The notes under the pieces: generated by a model
What the model was told of the DNA's origin: nothing
Database searches by the model: none
Seen by the model: only the letters and a program-made list of their open reading frames with translations
DNA from: a virus
Taxonomy: Duplodnaviria; Caudoviricetes
Length of the DNA stretch: 27,641 bases
Virus record (IMG/VR): IMGVR_UViG_3300032227_000069
Coordinates: 1-27,641 of that record
Direction: 5' to 3' (one strand)
Shown here: one piece after another, positions 15,929-24,117 of the stretch
How positions within the stretch are numbered: position 1 is the first letter of the stretch
Layout: each line of letters opens with the position of its first letter
Translations under genes and position numbers: made by a program

Positions 15929-17875
15929 TTATCCAAACATTAAGAAAAAGTTACTGTTTGTTGCGCTTGGCGTATAAACAATAAAGATAACACCTTGTGA
16001 GCCAGCACCACCAGTACCAAAAGTACCACCAGTTTGAACTCCACCACCAGCACCGCCACCGCCATATACGCCTGTATTTGTTGCGGCTGCTGTAGCAATA
16101 CCACCTTGTCCACCTTTACCACCGCCACCGCCAATAGTATTAGCAACATCTATACCTGAACCACCTTGACCACCAATACTTGCTGAACCACCACCAGCTC
16201 CACCGCCACCAAAAGTTCCGTTTGCTCCGTTACCAGCACCGCCAGCTGCACCGCCAGTTCCACTAAAGTTATTACCGCCATTACCGCCTACAGATGAAGT
16301 TCCATTTGTTCCGTTAGAGCCACCACCATTGCCGCCACCACCACCACCAGTAATTGTCCCAGCTAAACCGCCAACTCCATTACCACCAGTACCACCTATT
16401 CCATTAGGACCACCAGCACCACCACCACCACCTGAACCATAGCCTGTGGAAGCAATTGTTCCAAATCCACCAGCACCGCCTGTACCACCAGCAAAAGTAC
16501 CTGTACCGCCAGCACCGCCTGATGAAGTAGGGGTTGTTGTGGCTGTTCCTACACTACCGCCACCAGCGGTATTAGTAGTGTTAAATGTAGTATTTCCCCC
16601 AGCAGCATTAGCGGAAGAAGTACCAATTGTGTATGGAATTGCACCTGTTAAGGTTTGGTTAGTTAAGACTGTATATCCACCACCGCCACCGCCACCACCT
16701 GCGGCTCGGTTATTTCCTGATACTGCGGCAGTAGCACCACCGCCACCAGCACCAATCATGTGAATAGTGTTACTAGAATTATTCCAATCTGCTGGAGTTG
16801 TCCAAGAAGTGCCTGTGGTTAATAAGTAGGCTTTAACTGTGGTTGGTTGAAACAATATGCCAGCGTTATTACCACCATTGGTAGAGTTTGCACCAGCATA
16901 AACAAGGTAGGGGTTTGATGCACCTAAAGTGTAAGAAAAGTTAATACTTTGAATGGACATGTAGTCCATAGATATTGTTCCGCTACCCGTGTATATTATA
17001 TTTCTTTGAACAGTAGGGCTTAGTGAATTTACAGTTACTACATTTCCCGCAGTTCCAGTTACAGTCCAGTTTGCAACACTAATACTTCCAGCATTAAGAG
17101 ATATTGTATGTGCTACTGTTTTTGTACTTGCCAATTCTGTAAACGAAGGTAAATTAGAGCCAGCGGCAGTTATTGTTAATGTTGATGTTCCTGTTGTGCC
17201 ACCAATAGTTAATTTATTAAACGCTAATTGACCACCAGCAAATGTTCTTGCACTTCCAGAAGTATTGCTTAATACTATGTTTGCTGTATCTTTATTAAAT
17301 GTTAAGTTTGTTATTGTTCCCGTATTCCAAACTGTTCCAGTACCACTTAATGTCCAAGTACCTGAACCCATAGTAAGAGTTCTAGTGTTGGAGTTTGAAC
17401 TACTAAATAATCCAACTGTTACGTTTTGATTACTAGCGTTAAATGTACCTGAACTTAAAGTTAAAGTTCTTGTATCACCCATTGTTAGGTTGTCACCAAG
17501 AGTTACAGTAATTCCCACACCATTAATTGTTACAGAAGCTAATGTTTTGCTTGCGGTTGTTAATGTTCCTGTGCCAGTTAATGTAATAGTGCCTGTGTAT
17601 GTATAGGTCATTCCAACAACAAGCGTAATACCGCCAGCAACAGTAATTGCTATGTTTCCAGCTAATGTGCCAGTAAATCCTGTACAAGTAATGGATTTAG
17701 CTCCTGTATTACCTGATGAAATAGTGCAAGTACCAGTAGAAAGATTGGTAAAAAATACATCGTCTGCTGTGGTTGGAACAGATGCACCGCCACTACCGCC
17801 TGAACTAGTAGCCCATTTAGTGCCAGCAGTACCATCCCAGTTCGCTGTGCCACCTACCCAATATCTATCAGCCAT
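15929..17875 (-). CDS. Gly/Thr/Ser-rich fibre- or spike-like virion protein (beta-helix-like N-terminal part, glycine-rich C-terminal domain)
   Basis: 648 aa; RYWVGG...W...SGG...VPTTADDVFF start, TLTL/TWTL beta repeats, then GAGGGG...GGAGSQGVIFIVY glycine-rich domain and an NFFLMFG tail. Confidence 0.8.
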   Translation of the reverse strand: MADRYWVGGTANWDGTAGTKWATSSGGSGGASVPTTADDVFFTNLSTGTCTISSGNTGAKSITCTGFTGTLAGNIAITVAGGITLVVGMTYTYTGTITLTGTGTLTTASKTLASVTINGVGITVTLGDNLTMGDTRTLTLSSGTFNASNQNVTVGLFSSSNSNTRTLTMGSGTWTLSGTGTVWNTGTITNLTFNKDTANIVLSNTSGSARTFAGGQLAFNKLTIGGTTGTSTLTITAAGSNLPSFTELASTKTVAHTISLNAGSISVANWTVTGTAGNVVTVNSLSPTVQRNIIYTGSGTISMDYMSIQSINFSYTLGASNPYLVYAGANSTNGGNNAGILFQPTTVKAYLLTTGTSWTTPADWNNSSNTIHMIGAGGGGATAAVSGNNRAAGGGGGGGGYTVLTNQTLTGAIPYTIGTSSANAAGGNTTFNTTNTAGGGSVGTATTTPTSSGGAGGTGTFAGGTGGAGGFGTIASTGYGSGGGGGAGGPNGIGGTGGNGVGGLAGTITGGGGGGNGGGSNGTNGTSSVGGNGGNNFSGTGGAAGGAGNGANGTFGGGGAGGGSASIGGQGGSGIDVANTIGGGGGKGGQGGIATAAATNTGVYGGGGAGGGVQTGGTFGTGGAGSQGVIFIVYTPSATNSNFFLMFG

Positions 17876-18033
17876 TACTCTGCCTGTGGTGGATTAAAGC
17901 GTACACCATCCCATGTGTATCCAATATCACAAAATGGAATTTCCACCAAAGTGCAACCTTCAGGTGGTAGGTCGGTTACTTCGGCAACAATAATGTTGAC
18001 AACTACATTGTCTTTAATAACAGCACAATTCAT
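17875..18033 (-). CDS. Small fibre-associated protein (52 aa), putative chaperone or accessory
   Basis: Not in the ORF track: MNCAVIKDNVVVNIIVAEVTDLPPEGCTLVEIPFCDIGYTWDGVRFNPPQAE. SD TAAGGAG; TAATG coupling to the next gene; IGxxWDGxxFxxP motif. Confidence 0.85.
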   Translation of the reverse strand: MNCAVIKDNVVVNIIVAEVTDLPPEGCTLVEIPFCDIGYTWDGVRFNPPQAE

Positions 18034-18042
18034 TTAATCTCC

Positions 18043-18840
18043 TTATGCAACAGCAACGCAACGCCAATCGGAATTGGCTACGTTCCATACAAAACCAATG
18101 TCTAAACGGCTTGTTCCTGACGTTGTTGTGGGAAGGGCTACAGTTGATGCTTCAAAAGATGTACCCCATGTAATAGCAATAGAGGTTGTTCCTGTAATTG
18201 AAATCCACAGTTTTTGTCCATTGACAGGTGTACCAGTTAAGTTTGTAGAAAAGTTAGTAATAGCTACAGATTGACCAGTAATAACCATCATGTCATAACT
18301 ATCGGTATTTAAGGTAGGTGTAGCAGAATTAGCAGTAGAAGCTAATACTCTAGGGTTAATACGAGTATTGCTTACAAGAGTAAATGTACCAGCAGCAGGG
18401 GTTATTGCACCTATTGTTACGTTGTCCATTTCTCCTACATAGGTAGGGGCAATCTCAATAGAATTAACACCTGTAGGCTTTATGTGGACATGACCTGTAC
18501 CAGTAGGGCTAATGTCAATTTGTGCGTTTGCACCATTAATGTTTGTAGCTACATTAATTGACACATTATCGCCACCACCGCCACCCATGCTAATTTGCGT
18601 AGTACCAGCAGAGTTTTTAAGGGACAAGCCAGCAGAGTTTGTAGCTTGAACAGTTGGGGTTGTAACGCTAGTAAGTGTTGCTGTACCGCCAGTAATAGCT
18701 ACAGCATTGGCATTTTGCTCTGCCATTGTGCCAAGACCTGTTAAGGTATGGTCAGCGTTCCAATCACTAGGGCGTACTAAACTGGTATCTGCATCATCAG
18801 GAATAGTGCTGACTTTAGTGTGCTTTACGGTTATTGCCAT
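18043..18840 (-). CDS. Thr/Gly-rich virion structural (fibre-like) protein
   Basis: 265 aa; LVRPSDWNADH N-terminal motif, LGTMAEQNANAVAITGG fibre motif, C-terminal beta domain ending WRCVAVA; coupled to portal. Confidence 0.72.
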   Translation of the reverse strand: MAITVKHTKVSTIPDDADTSLVRPSDWNADHTLTGLGTMAEQNANAVAITGGTATLTSVTTPTVQATNSAGLSLKNSAGTTQISMGGGGGDNVSINVATNINGANAQIDISPTGTGHVHIKPTGVNSIEIAPTYVGEMDNVTIGAITPAAGTFTLVSNTRINPRVLASTANSATPTLNTDSYDMMVITGQSVAITNFSTNLTGTPVNGQKLWISITGTTSIAITWGTSFEASTVALPTTTSGTSRLDIGFVWNVANSDWRCVAVA

Positions 18841-21128
18841 TATTGAACACCTACAATTTTGCCATCAGCCCCACGCACTACAGTCTTTGGTTGGTTTAAC
18901 TTGTTCATCATTTCTGCAAGCATCATAGCCATTTGGCTGCTATTGTTATTAATTGCATTGGCTACAGTTTCCATTGGGTTTTGCATTGCTTGAGCCATAT
19001 CTTGCTCGTTAGCATAAGCCATTGCACCATCTGAATCGTCAGAACCAATCCTTGCTACCTCAATCTTAGCCCCGTTATTAATGTGAGCCAACATAACTTG
19101 AGTATTGCGCTCTGTCATCATCTTCATTTGGGCTACTTTTAGCTCCATCTCTCTATCCATTTGATTGCGTTGTTCTTCAAGTTGGAATTTGAGTTGGTTT
19201 TCTTGCGCCTGGTATTCTTGTTTAGCTTTCTCAAGCTGCATTTGACCTTGTAGTTTAGCTTGTTCAAGTTGTGCTTGTGCTTGCATCTCACCTTGGCGAG
19301 CCTGTAACTTAGCTTGCTCAATTTGCATCTGCATTTGCATTTTTTGCACTTCTGGTGGTGGTGGTTTTGGCTGACCAGCAGATTGTTGTGCTTGCATACG
19401 CAGTTTGTCAGCAGTTTCGTCAATAATACCTTCGAGTTGCTTACCAGCTTTAAACGCAGTAACGCCAAATTTGAGCATTTCAAGAGCCATAGGAGCAAGT
19501 TCAGGTGATTGCTGAACCATTGGCACAGCTTGTTGCATAAATCCACCAACAGCGCTTAAAAATGCCATTCTGTCAGCTTTTTCTTGCTGCTCATCTTGGT
19601 AAATCATGGAGTCAGAAGTGACTTCTATGCGGAAATTCTTAGCCGCTTCGTCACGCAACAATCCAATAGCTTGTGGAATCAGTTGTCTGTCTTGTTCAGA
19701 CAGTTGCATTGCGCCAGAAATCTTAACAAGCGTTTCATCAGTAAAATGATTGCAAATAATCTGCGCTTTAATGCTTAAAAGTGAAGTAGCAAAGTCTACG
19801 ACTGCGTGTTGCTGAGTTTTTAAGCGACCAGCAGCGTTGTTTGACTTAATAATTTGAGCGCCCAATGTCTCGCTTGGGTCAGTTTGACCACGCTGAATGT
19901 CAGCAATACCCATTAATTCGTAAATCTGACCTTTAACTTGCTCCATTGCCTGATAGCAAGACATCAATGCGCTTGCAAAAGGGGTTAAATCGACTAAATC
20001 AATAGCACCTTTCATGCCTTGCTTCTCAGCAAATGCCATCCAGTTACTTACTGGAATCATGGTGTTGTTTTCGCCTTCAGAGAATAAGCGTTGTAGCTCA
20101 CTTGCTGAAGCATCGTATACACCACGCACTTTAAGAGCATTAATCAAGCCATCAATTCTGTCGCACAGAACATCTAATTCTCTAGCTTGGTCTTGGTAAA
20201 TAGTAAAGTCAGGAATTGGCTCTAATGAATCAGTAGTTAAAGTAGCATAAAGTGGCTTTGGACAAGGCCAAAAGTTCTCTAAACCTAGTGGGTCATCACG
20301 CTCATCAATAATTTTGCCTAATGACTTAGAAATCCACAATACTTTGCCTGTTTCTTTGTCCCAAATCTCATAGATAACGGCTTCATATACGCCATCATCA
20401 GATTTGTAAGATTGTTTTAAGTCGTCAGGTTTGGTGTCTAATGGGATTTTGTAGCCCATTTCTTCGCCAAAACGCTCAACAAGAGCAGGGCGGCTCATAT
20501 ACACTCTGCGCCATACTGCGGTTACTTCTTCCCATGTTCTAGCAATGGTATGCCCAAAGTCACGCCAATGAACATAGTCTACAGGGCAGCACTCATACTC
20601 TATGCGCTCTTGGTCTTCATTCTCCATTGCTGCAGGAGTTTCAGCTTCGTCACTATCTTCAGTAACACTAAAGCCATCATCGGGCGCACCATCAGCTTCA
20701 TCAGCCATTTCACCAACAATATGCGGCTCATAACGAACCCAAGCTACACCACGACCACCTAATAAGCGGTCTAATACTGCGTTATTCATTGCTGATTTGT
20801 AGTCACCATAATGCTCAATCTCAAACTCTAATGCCCTTTCGAGCATCATTGAGGCTACTCGACCAATAGGGTCATTATCTCTAAATCTACGGCTGACGTC
20901 AGGACGTGGAAGTCTAGCAAAAATAGCTGGCTGGATAGTTTGAACATTTGACCAAAGGATATTAAATCTAGCATTAGGGTTTCTGTCATAGCGGCTATCA
21001 TCCTTGTATTTTTTAACAATGCGGTCTACTCTGGCTTCCCAACGCTTATATGAGCGCTCATAGCCCATAATCGTCTTATACCAATCTTCGTAACTGTGGT
21101 CTACAGTTGCCTTATCATTTGCCATCAA
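18840..21128 (-). CDS. Portal protein (P22-like, long C-terminal coiled-coil barrel)
   Basis: 762 aa directly after terL; FNILWSNVQT, GIADIQRG...ETLGAQ motifs; Gln-rich C-terminal helix. Confidence 0.9.
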   Translation of the reverse strand: MMANDKATVDHSYEDWYKTIMGYERSYKRWEARVDRIVKKYKDDSRYDRNPNARFNILWSNVQTIQPAIFARLPRPDVSRRFRDNDPIGRVASMMLERALEFEIEHYGDYKSAMNNAVLDRLLGGRGVAWVRYEPHIVGEMADEADGAPDDGFSVTEDSDEAETPAAMENEDQERIEYECCPVDYVHWRDFGHTIARTWEEVTAVWRRVYMSRPALVERFGEEMGYKIPLDTKPDDLKQSYKSDDGVYEAVIYEIWDKETGKVLWISKSLGKIIDERDDPLGLENFWPCPKPLYATLTTDSLEPIPDFTIYQDQARELDVLCDRIDGLINALKVRGVYDASASELQRLFSEGENNTMIPVSNWMAFAEKQGMKGAIDLVDLTPFASALMSCYQAMEQVKGQIYELMGIADIQRGQTDPSETLGAQIIKSNNAAGRLKTQQHAVVDFATSLLSIKAQIICNHFTDETLVKISGAMQLSEQDRQLIPQAIGLLRDEAAKNFRIEVTSDSMIYQDEQQEKADRMAFLSAVGGFMQQAVPMVQQSPELAPMALEMLKFGVTAFKAGKQLEGIIDETADKLRMQAQQSAGQPKPPPPEVQKMQMQMQIEQAKLQARQGEMQAQAQLEQAKLQGQMQLEKAKQEYQAQENQLKFQLEEQRNQMDREMELKVAQMKMMTERNTQVMLAHINNGAKIEVARIGSDDSDGAMAYANEQDMAQAMQNPMETVANAINNNSSQMAMMLAEMMNKLNQPKTVVRGADGKIVGVQ

Positions 21129-22468
21129 ATTCTCCCTGCTGTCTTGACTTTAGTGTCTTTCCACAAGTCATTTAAGCTAACTTCGGTTTTACCTACAAAC
21201 AGCCCTTTAATCGAGTCATCTTTATGGGGCAACTTCGCTTCTTCTTTCCAGGCAATACTTAACATCCTAAATGCGTCAGCACCATGAGAAGTCCAATCGT
21301 GCCTAGGTTTATCCCTAAATACTTTCTTGTCCTCATCGTATTCACGCTGGTATTGCCGCAAACATTCAATGCCATCCTCACATCTATGGTCAAACCAAGC
21401 TCTAGTTAACGCTAGTCGTGTTGCTTGTATTCCATCTTGAAGTGACAAACTTGGCACAATTTTCATAGATTTTAACGCAATTTTGTCTGAAAGTTGCTCA
21501 ATTATGCTTCTATTTGACGCAAGTGTCTTTGCTCTTGCATCGTGTGGTAAATAATGAGTGCCATAAACATAGCCTCTTTCACGCTCTCTTGATTGAATAA
21601 TTCCGGCGTAAAAAGCTACTGGTTGACCATTACTTGAATGGTAATCAAGCATACGAATCTCGCCATGCACTACTTGAAACCACCATATAGCTGTGTCATC
21701 TGAATAGCCCAAGTCCCATGCTGTATGCACAGGAAACATAGGGTCATATTCAATATCAGTAATTCTGCCTTGGTCAGTCAGCTGGCGCATTTCTTTACCA
21801 TAGTAAGCACCAAGAATGGCAGACTCAAAGTCACATTCGAACTCTTGCAAGTATTGGTCTTGCGTCATTGATTTGGCGGCATCTTCCAATTCTTCTTTGG
21901 CAAGCAAGCCTGTTTGACTAGCCCTTAATGTTTTGGCATACCAAGTGTCTGACTTAATGGCATTGTTATAGATGTCCCAGAATGCGTTATGACCTTTGGG
22001 AGTTCCAATAAAGACTGCCCATCCAAGCCTATCGGCAAGCAAAGGCCGAATAATCTCGCCCCAAATACGAGGGCGCATATCTGCATATTCATCTAGGACA
22101 ATCCCATCAAGGTATAAACCTCGTAAAGAGTCAGCATTATCAGCACCAAACAACCTAATCCTTGCGCCATTTATTAGTTCCACCCATAGTTCTGATTGAT
22201 TAGCTTTAGCCATTACAGGCTTACTAAATCTTAATAGGTAGTCCCAGGCAATATTCTTAGCTTGGCTGTAATAAGGTGCAACATAGGCATATCTGCCATC
22301 TTCTTTGCCCTCTATTAGTGCCTTGTAGATTAATTCATTTATGCAGCTAACAGTCTTACCGCAGCGTCTATGCGCTACTATGACAGCCCAGCGCTGTTGT
22401 CTTTCATGGAAGTCTAAGAATACGCTTCTTGGACAATAGTCCAATTCAACCTTTAGTTCTTCTTCCAA
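21125..22468 (-). CDS. terL: Terminase large subunit
   Basis: Walker A AHRRCGKT, Walker B GIVLDEY, coupling motif IGTPKG, nuclease AWDLG...SHGADAFR. Confidence 0.97.
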   Translation of the reverse strand: MEEELKVELDYCPRSVFLDFHERQQRWAVIVAHRRCGKTVSCINELIYKALIEGKEDGRYAYVAPYYSQAKNIAWDYLLRFSKPVMAKANQSELWVELINGARIRLFGADNADSLRGLYLDGIVLDEYADMRPRIWGEIIRPLLADRLGWAVFIGTPKGHNAFWDIYNNAIKSDTWYAKTLRASQTGLLAKEELEDAAKSMTQDQYLQEFECDFESAILGAYYGKEMRQLTDQGRITDIEYDPMFPVHTAWDLGYSDDTAIWWFQVVHGEIRMLDYHSSNGQPVAFYAGIIQSRERERGYVYGTHYLPHDARAKTLASNRSIIEQLSDKIALKSMKIVPSLSLQDGIQATRLALTRAWFDHRCEDGIECLRQYQREYDEDKKVFRDKPRHDWTSHGADAFRMLSIAWKEEAKLPHKDDSIKGLFVGKTEVSLNDLWKDTKVKTAGRI

Positions 22469-22743
22469 GACACCACCATGCGTTGTGGAGCTTTTTCATC
22501 ACCTACTACTTCGCTTCTAGCTAATTTAGGCATTGTGTATTCCAGTGCTTTGAAATAAAGGTCTAAGCGTTTAGCAGGGTCTTCAATGGAATTAAGCCAT
22601 TCATCGAGCTTATCAACATTGGCAGAGGTAAAGGCAGCAATGGCAGCTTTAACCTCGCCTGTGGCCTTATTAGGCACTCCTGCGGGCCTTCCTGCGCCTT
22701 CTCTAGCGCCACCTTTGATAGATTTTGATTGTTTTTCAGCCAT
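22453..22743 (-). CDS. terS: Terminase small subunit
   Basis: GGAREGAGRPAGVPNK N-terminal motif, YTMPKL; overlaps the terL start. Confidence 0.8.
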   Translation of the reverse strand: MAEKQSKSIKGGAREGAGRPAGVPNKATGEVKAAIAAFTSANVDKLDEWLNSIEDPAKRLDLYFKALEYTMPKLARSEVVGDEKAPQRMVVSWKKN

Positions 22744-22750
22744 ACATTCT

Positions 22751-22763
22751 CAAGTGGTTGATT
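22751..22763 (-). promoter_or_regulatory. IHF consensus site just upstream of terS
   Basis: Minus strand AATCAACCACTTG is an exact match to WATCAANNNNTTR. Confidence 0.55.
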
Positions 22764-22815
22764 TGTATAGGCAGATTCTACACTAATTGCAAAAATACAA
22801 CATAAATAAAAATAT

Positions 22816-22883
22816 TAGGGTAAGTCCCTATACAAATATTGTAGCAATATGTTACATTGGAGTCATGCAGTAACTCATCAATG
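22816..22883 (+). promoter_or_regulatory. Putative promoter/operator of the plus-strand cassette
   Basis: Inverted repeats TAGGG-TAAGT-CCCTA (22816-22830), ATATTG-TAG-CAATAT (22836-22850) and TGTAGCA-ATA-TGTTACA (22840-22856); extended -10-like TGnTACATT (22850-22858). Confidence 0.6.
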
Positions 22884-22902
22884 TTTTTAAAAGGGGATTT
22901 AA

Positions 22903-23226
22903 ATGAAACAGACAATTAACTCAACACAGTTCCATGATGCCTTTCATAAAGCTGGTAGAGCCACTCAATTTAGCTATGAAGCATTAGAAGTATTGTTTAA
23001 CTACTTTAAACAGCTTGAAGGTGATACAGGTCAAGAAATTGAATTAGATGTAATTGCTATTTGCTGTGAATTTAATGAGTCTGAACCTAATGAGATTGCT
23101 AATGACTACAACATAGCATTAGAAGGTGAAACAGATATTCAAGGCCATGTATTAGATGTTTTATATGACCATACTCAAGTTGCTGGTGTTTGCTCTAACG
23201 GCAATATTGTTTTTGCAGCATTTTAA
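22903..23226 (+). CDS. Small acidic hypothetical protein
   Basis: 107 aa, 18 D/E versus 4 K/R; SD AAGGGG; FSYEAL...ELDVIAICCEF motif. Confidence 0.85.
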   Translation: MKQTINSTQFHDAFHKAGRATQFSYEALEVLFNYFKQLEGDTGQEIELDVIAICCEFNESEPNEIANDYNIALEGETDIQGHVLDVLYDHTQVAGVCSNGNIVFAAF

Positions 23227-23238
23227 GGAAGAAACAAC

Positions 23239-23415
23239 ATGACTTCATTAACTAATACAGCATCTTGGGTGGTGGTTTACAAAGATAGTAATAAACCTGT
23301 AATTGAAATATTTAGCCAAAAAACAGCTAATACTATCCAAACCAAACATTCTGACATTTACAAAGTAGTACCAATCTTGCAATATCTACAAGACTTTAAT
23401 AGGGGAATTAAATGA
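23239..23415 (+). CDS. Small hypothetical protein (58 aa)
   Basis: Not in the ORF track: MTSLTNTASWVVVYKDSNKPVIEIFSQKTANTIQTKHSDIYKVVPILQYLQDFNRGIK; preceded by TAAGGA. Confidence 0.78.
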   Translation: MTSLTNTASWVVVYKDSNKPVIEIFSQKTANTIQTKHSDIYKVVPILQYLQDFNRGIK

Positions 23416-23567
23416 ACGCATATTTTATTAAATGTATTAGTGCTGAAGGTCTATGTGGCATTTCAACTACTTTGTATTACTTTGAAAGCCAAGCCCAACA
23501 AATAGCAGACGAACTAAATGCTAAAAAAGACGGCTATACCTATTCAATTTATTTTAAAAATATTTAA
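23412..23567 (+). CDS. Small hypothetical protein (51 aa)
   Basis: Not in the ORF track: MNAYFIKCISAEGLCGISTTLYYFESQAQQIADELNAKKDGYTYSIYFKNI; SD AGGGGA and ATGA overlap. Confidence 0.72.
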   Translation: MNAYFIKCISAEGLCGISTTLYYFESQAQQIADELNAKKDGYTYSIYFKNI

Positions 23568-23577
23568 GGAAAATCAA

Positions 23578-23784
23578 ATGAAACCAATTTTATATCGTAC
23601 CGATTGTGTTTATACCTGTGTACGCAGGGGCTTTACTGAACAAGATGTATGGCGTGATGCTTTAGGTGTATTTGAACCATTGCTTGCTTTTGCGGACAAA
23701 TTGCCTACTTTAGATGCGCCAAATTGTTTGCCTTCGGGCCATACAACTAAAAAAATCTTTTGTGATTTTATTTGCAGGGAGTAA
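23578..23784 (+). CDS. Small Cys-containing hypothetical protein (68 aa)
   Basis: Start moved from 23518 to ATG at 23578 (MKPILYRTDC...), preceded by SD TAAGGA. Confidence 0.65.
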   Translation: MKPILYRTDCVYTCVRRGFTEQDVWRDALGVFEPLLAFADKLPTLDAPNCLPSGHTTKKIFCDFICRE

Positions 23785-23787
23785 ATT

Positions 23788-24117
23788 ATGACTTATGACA
23801 TTAAACGATGGCGAAACATTCTAGGAGTTTCCCAAGAGAAAGCAGCGGAACTCTTGGGGGTTCATCGAGTAACCTATACTAGATGGGAAAATGGTAACTT
23901 TGCAATTTCTAAGCCGGTTGAATTGGCCTGTGAAAGTTATGTATCTCATTACCCTGGCAATAGTTCTAATAAAGCTATTTTAAAGGCCAGGGATGAATAC
24001 GAGCAGGCTTATAAAGTCTATTTTAATGAATCACCAAAAGGCAAACATTTAGTTTCTACGCCTTGGCTACACAATAAATACAAATTAATAGACTTTACTC
24101 CTGTCTGTAACCTTTAG
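23788..24117 (+). CDS. XRE-family helix-turn-helix regulator
   Basis: IKRWRNILGVSQEKAAELLGVHRVTYTRWENG is an HTH_XRE pattern; SD AGGGAG. Confidence 0.92.
   Translation: MTYDIKRWRNILGVSQEKAAELLGVHRVTYTRWENGNFAISKPVELACESYVSHYPGNSSNKAILKARDEYEQAYKVYFNESPKGKHLVSTPWLHNKYKLIDFTPVCNL

Noticed and set aside
15990-16760. Dense (CCA/CCG)n-like repeats as a CRISPR array or tandem repeat element
   Set aside because: They are the reverse complement of poly-Gly codons inside the 648-aa CDS; there is no constant repeat-spacer periodicity.
560-22786. Plus-strand and out-of-frame ORFs in the track overlapping the structural genes (e.g. 2249-2560, 13576-13905, 14311-14850, 16446-16763, 19139-19549)
   Set aside because: They are shadows of well-supported minus-strand genes, with no recognisable motifs.
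23518-23577. Longer 88-aa start for the ORF ending at 23784
   Set aside because: It overlaps the 23412-23567 ORF; the ATG at 23578 has SD TAAGGA.
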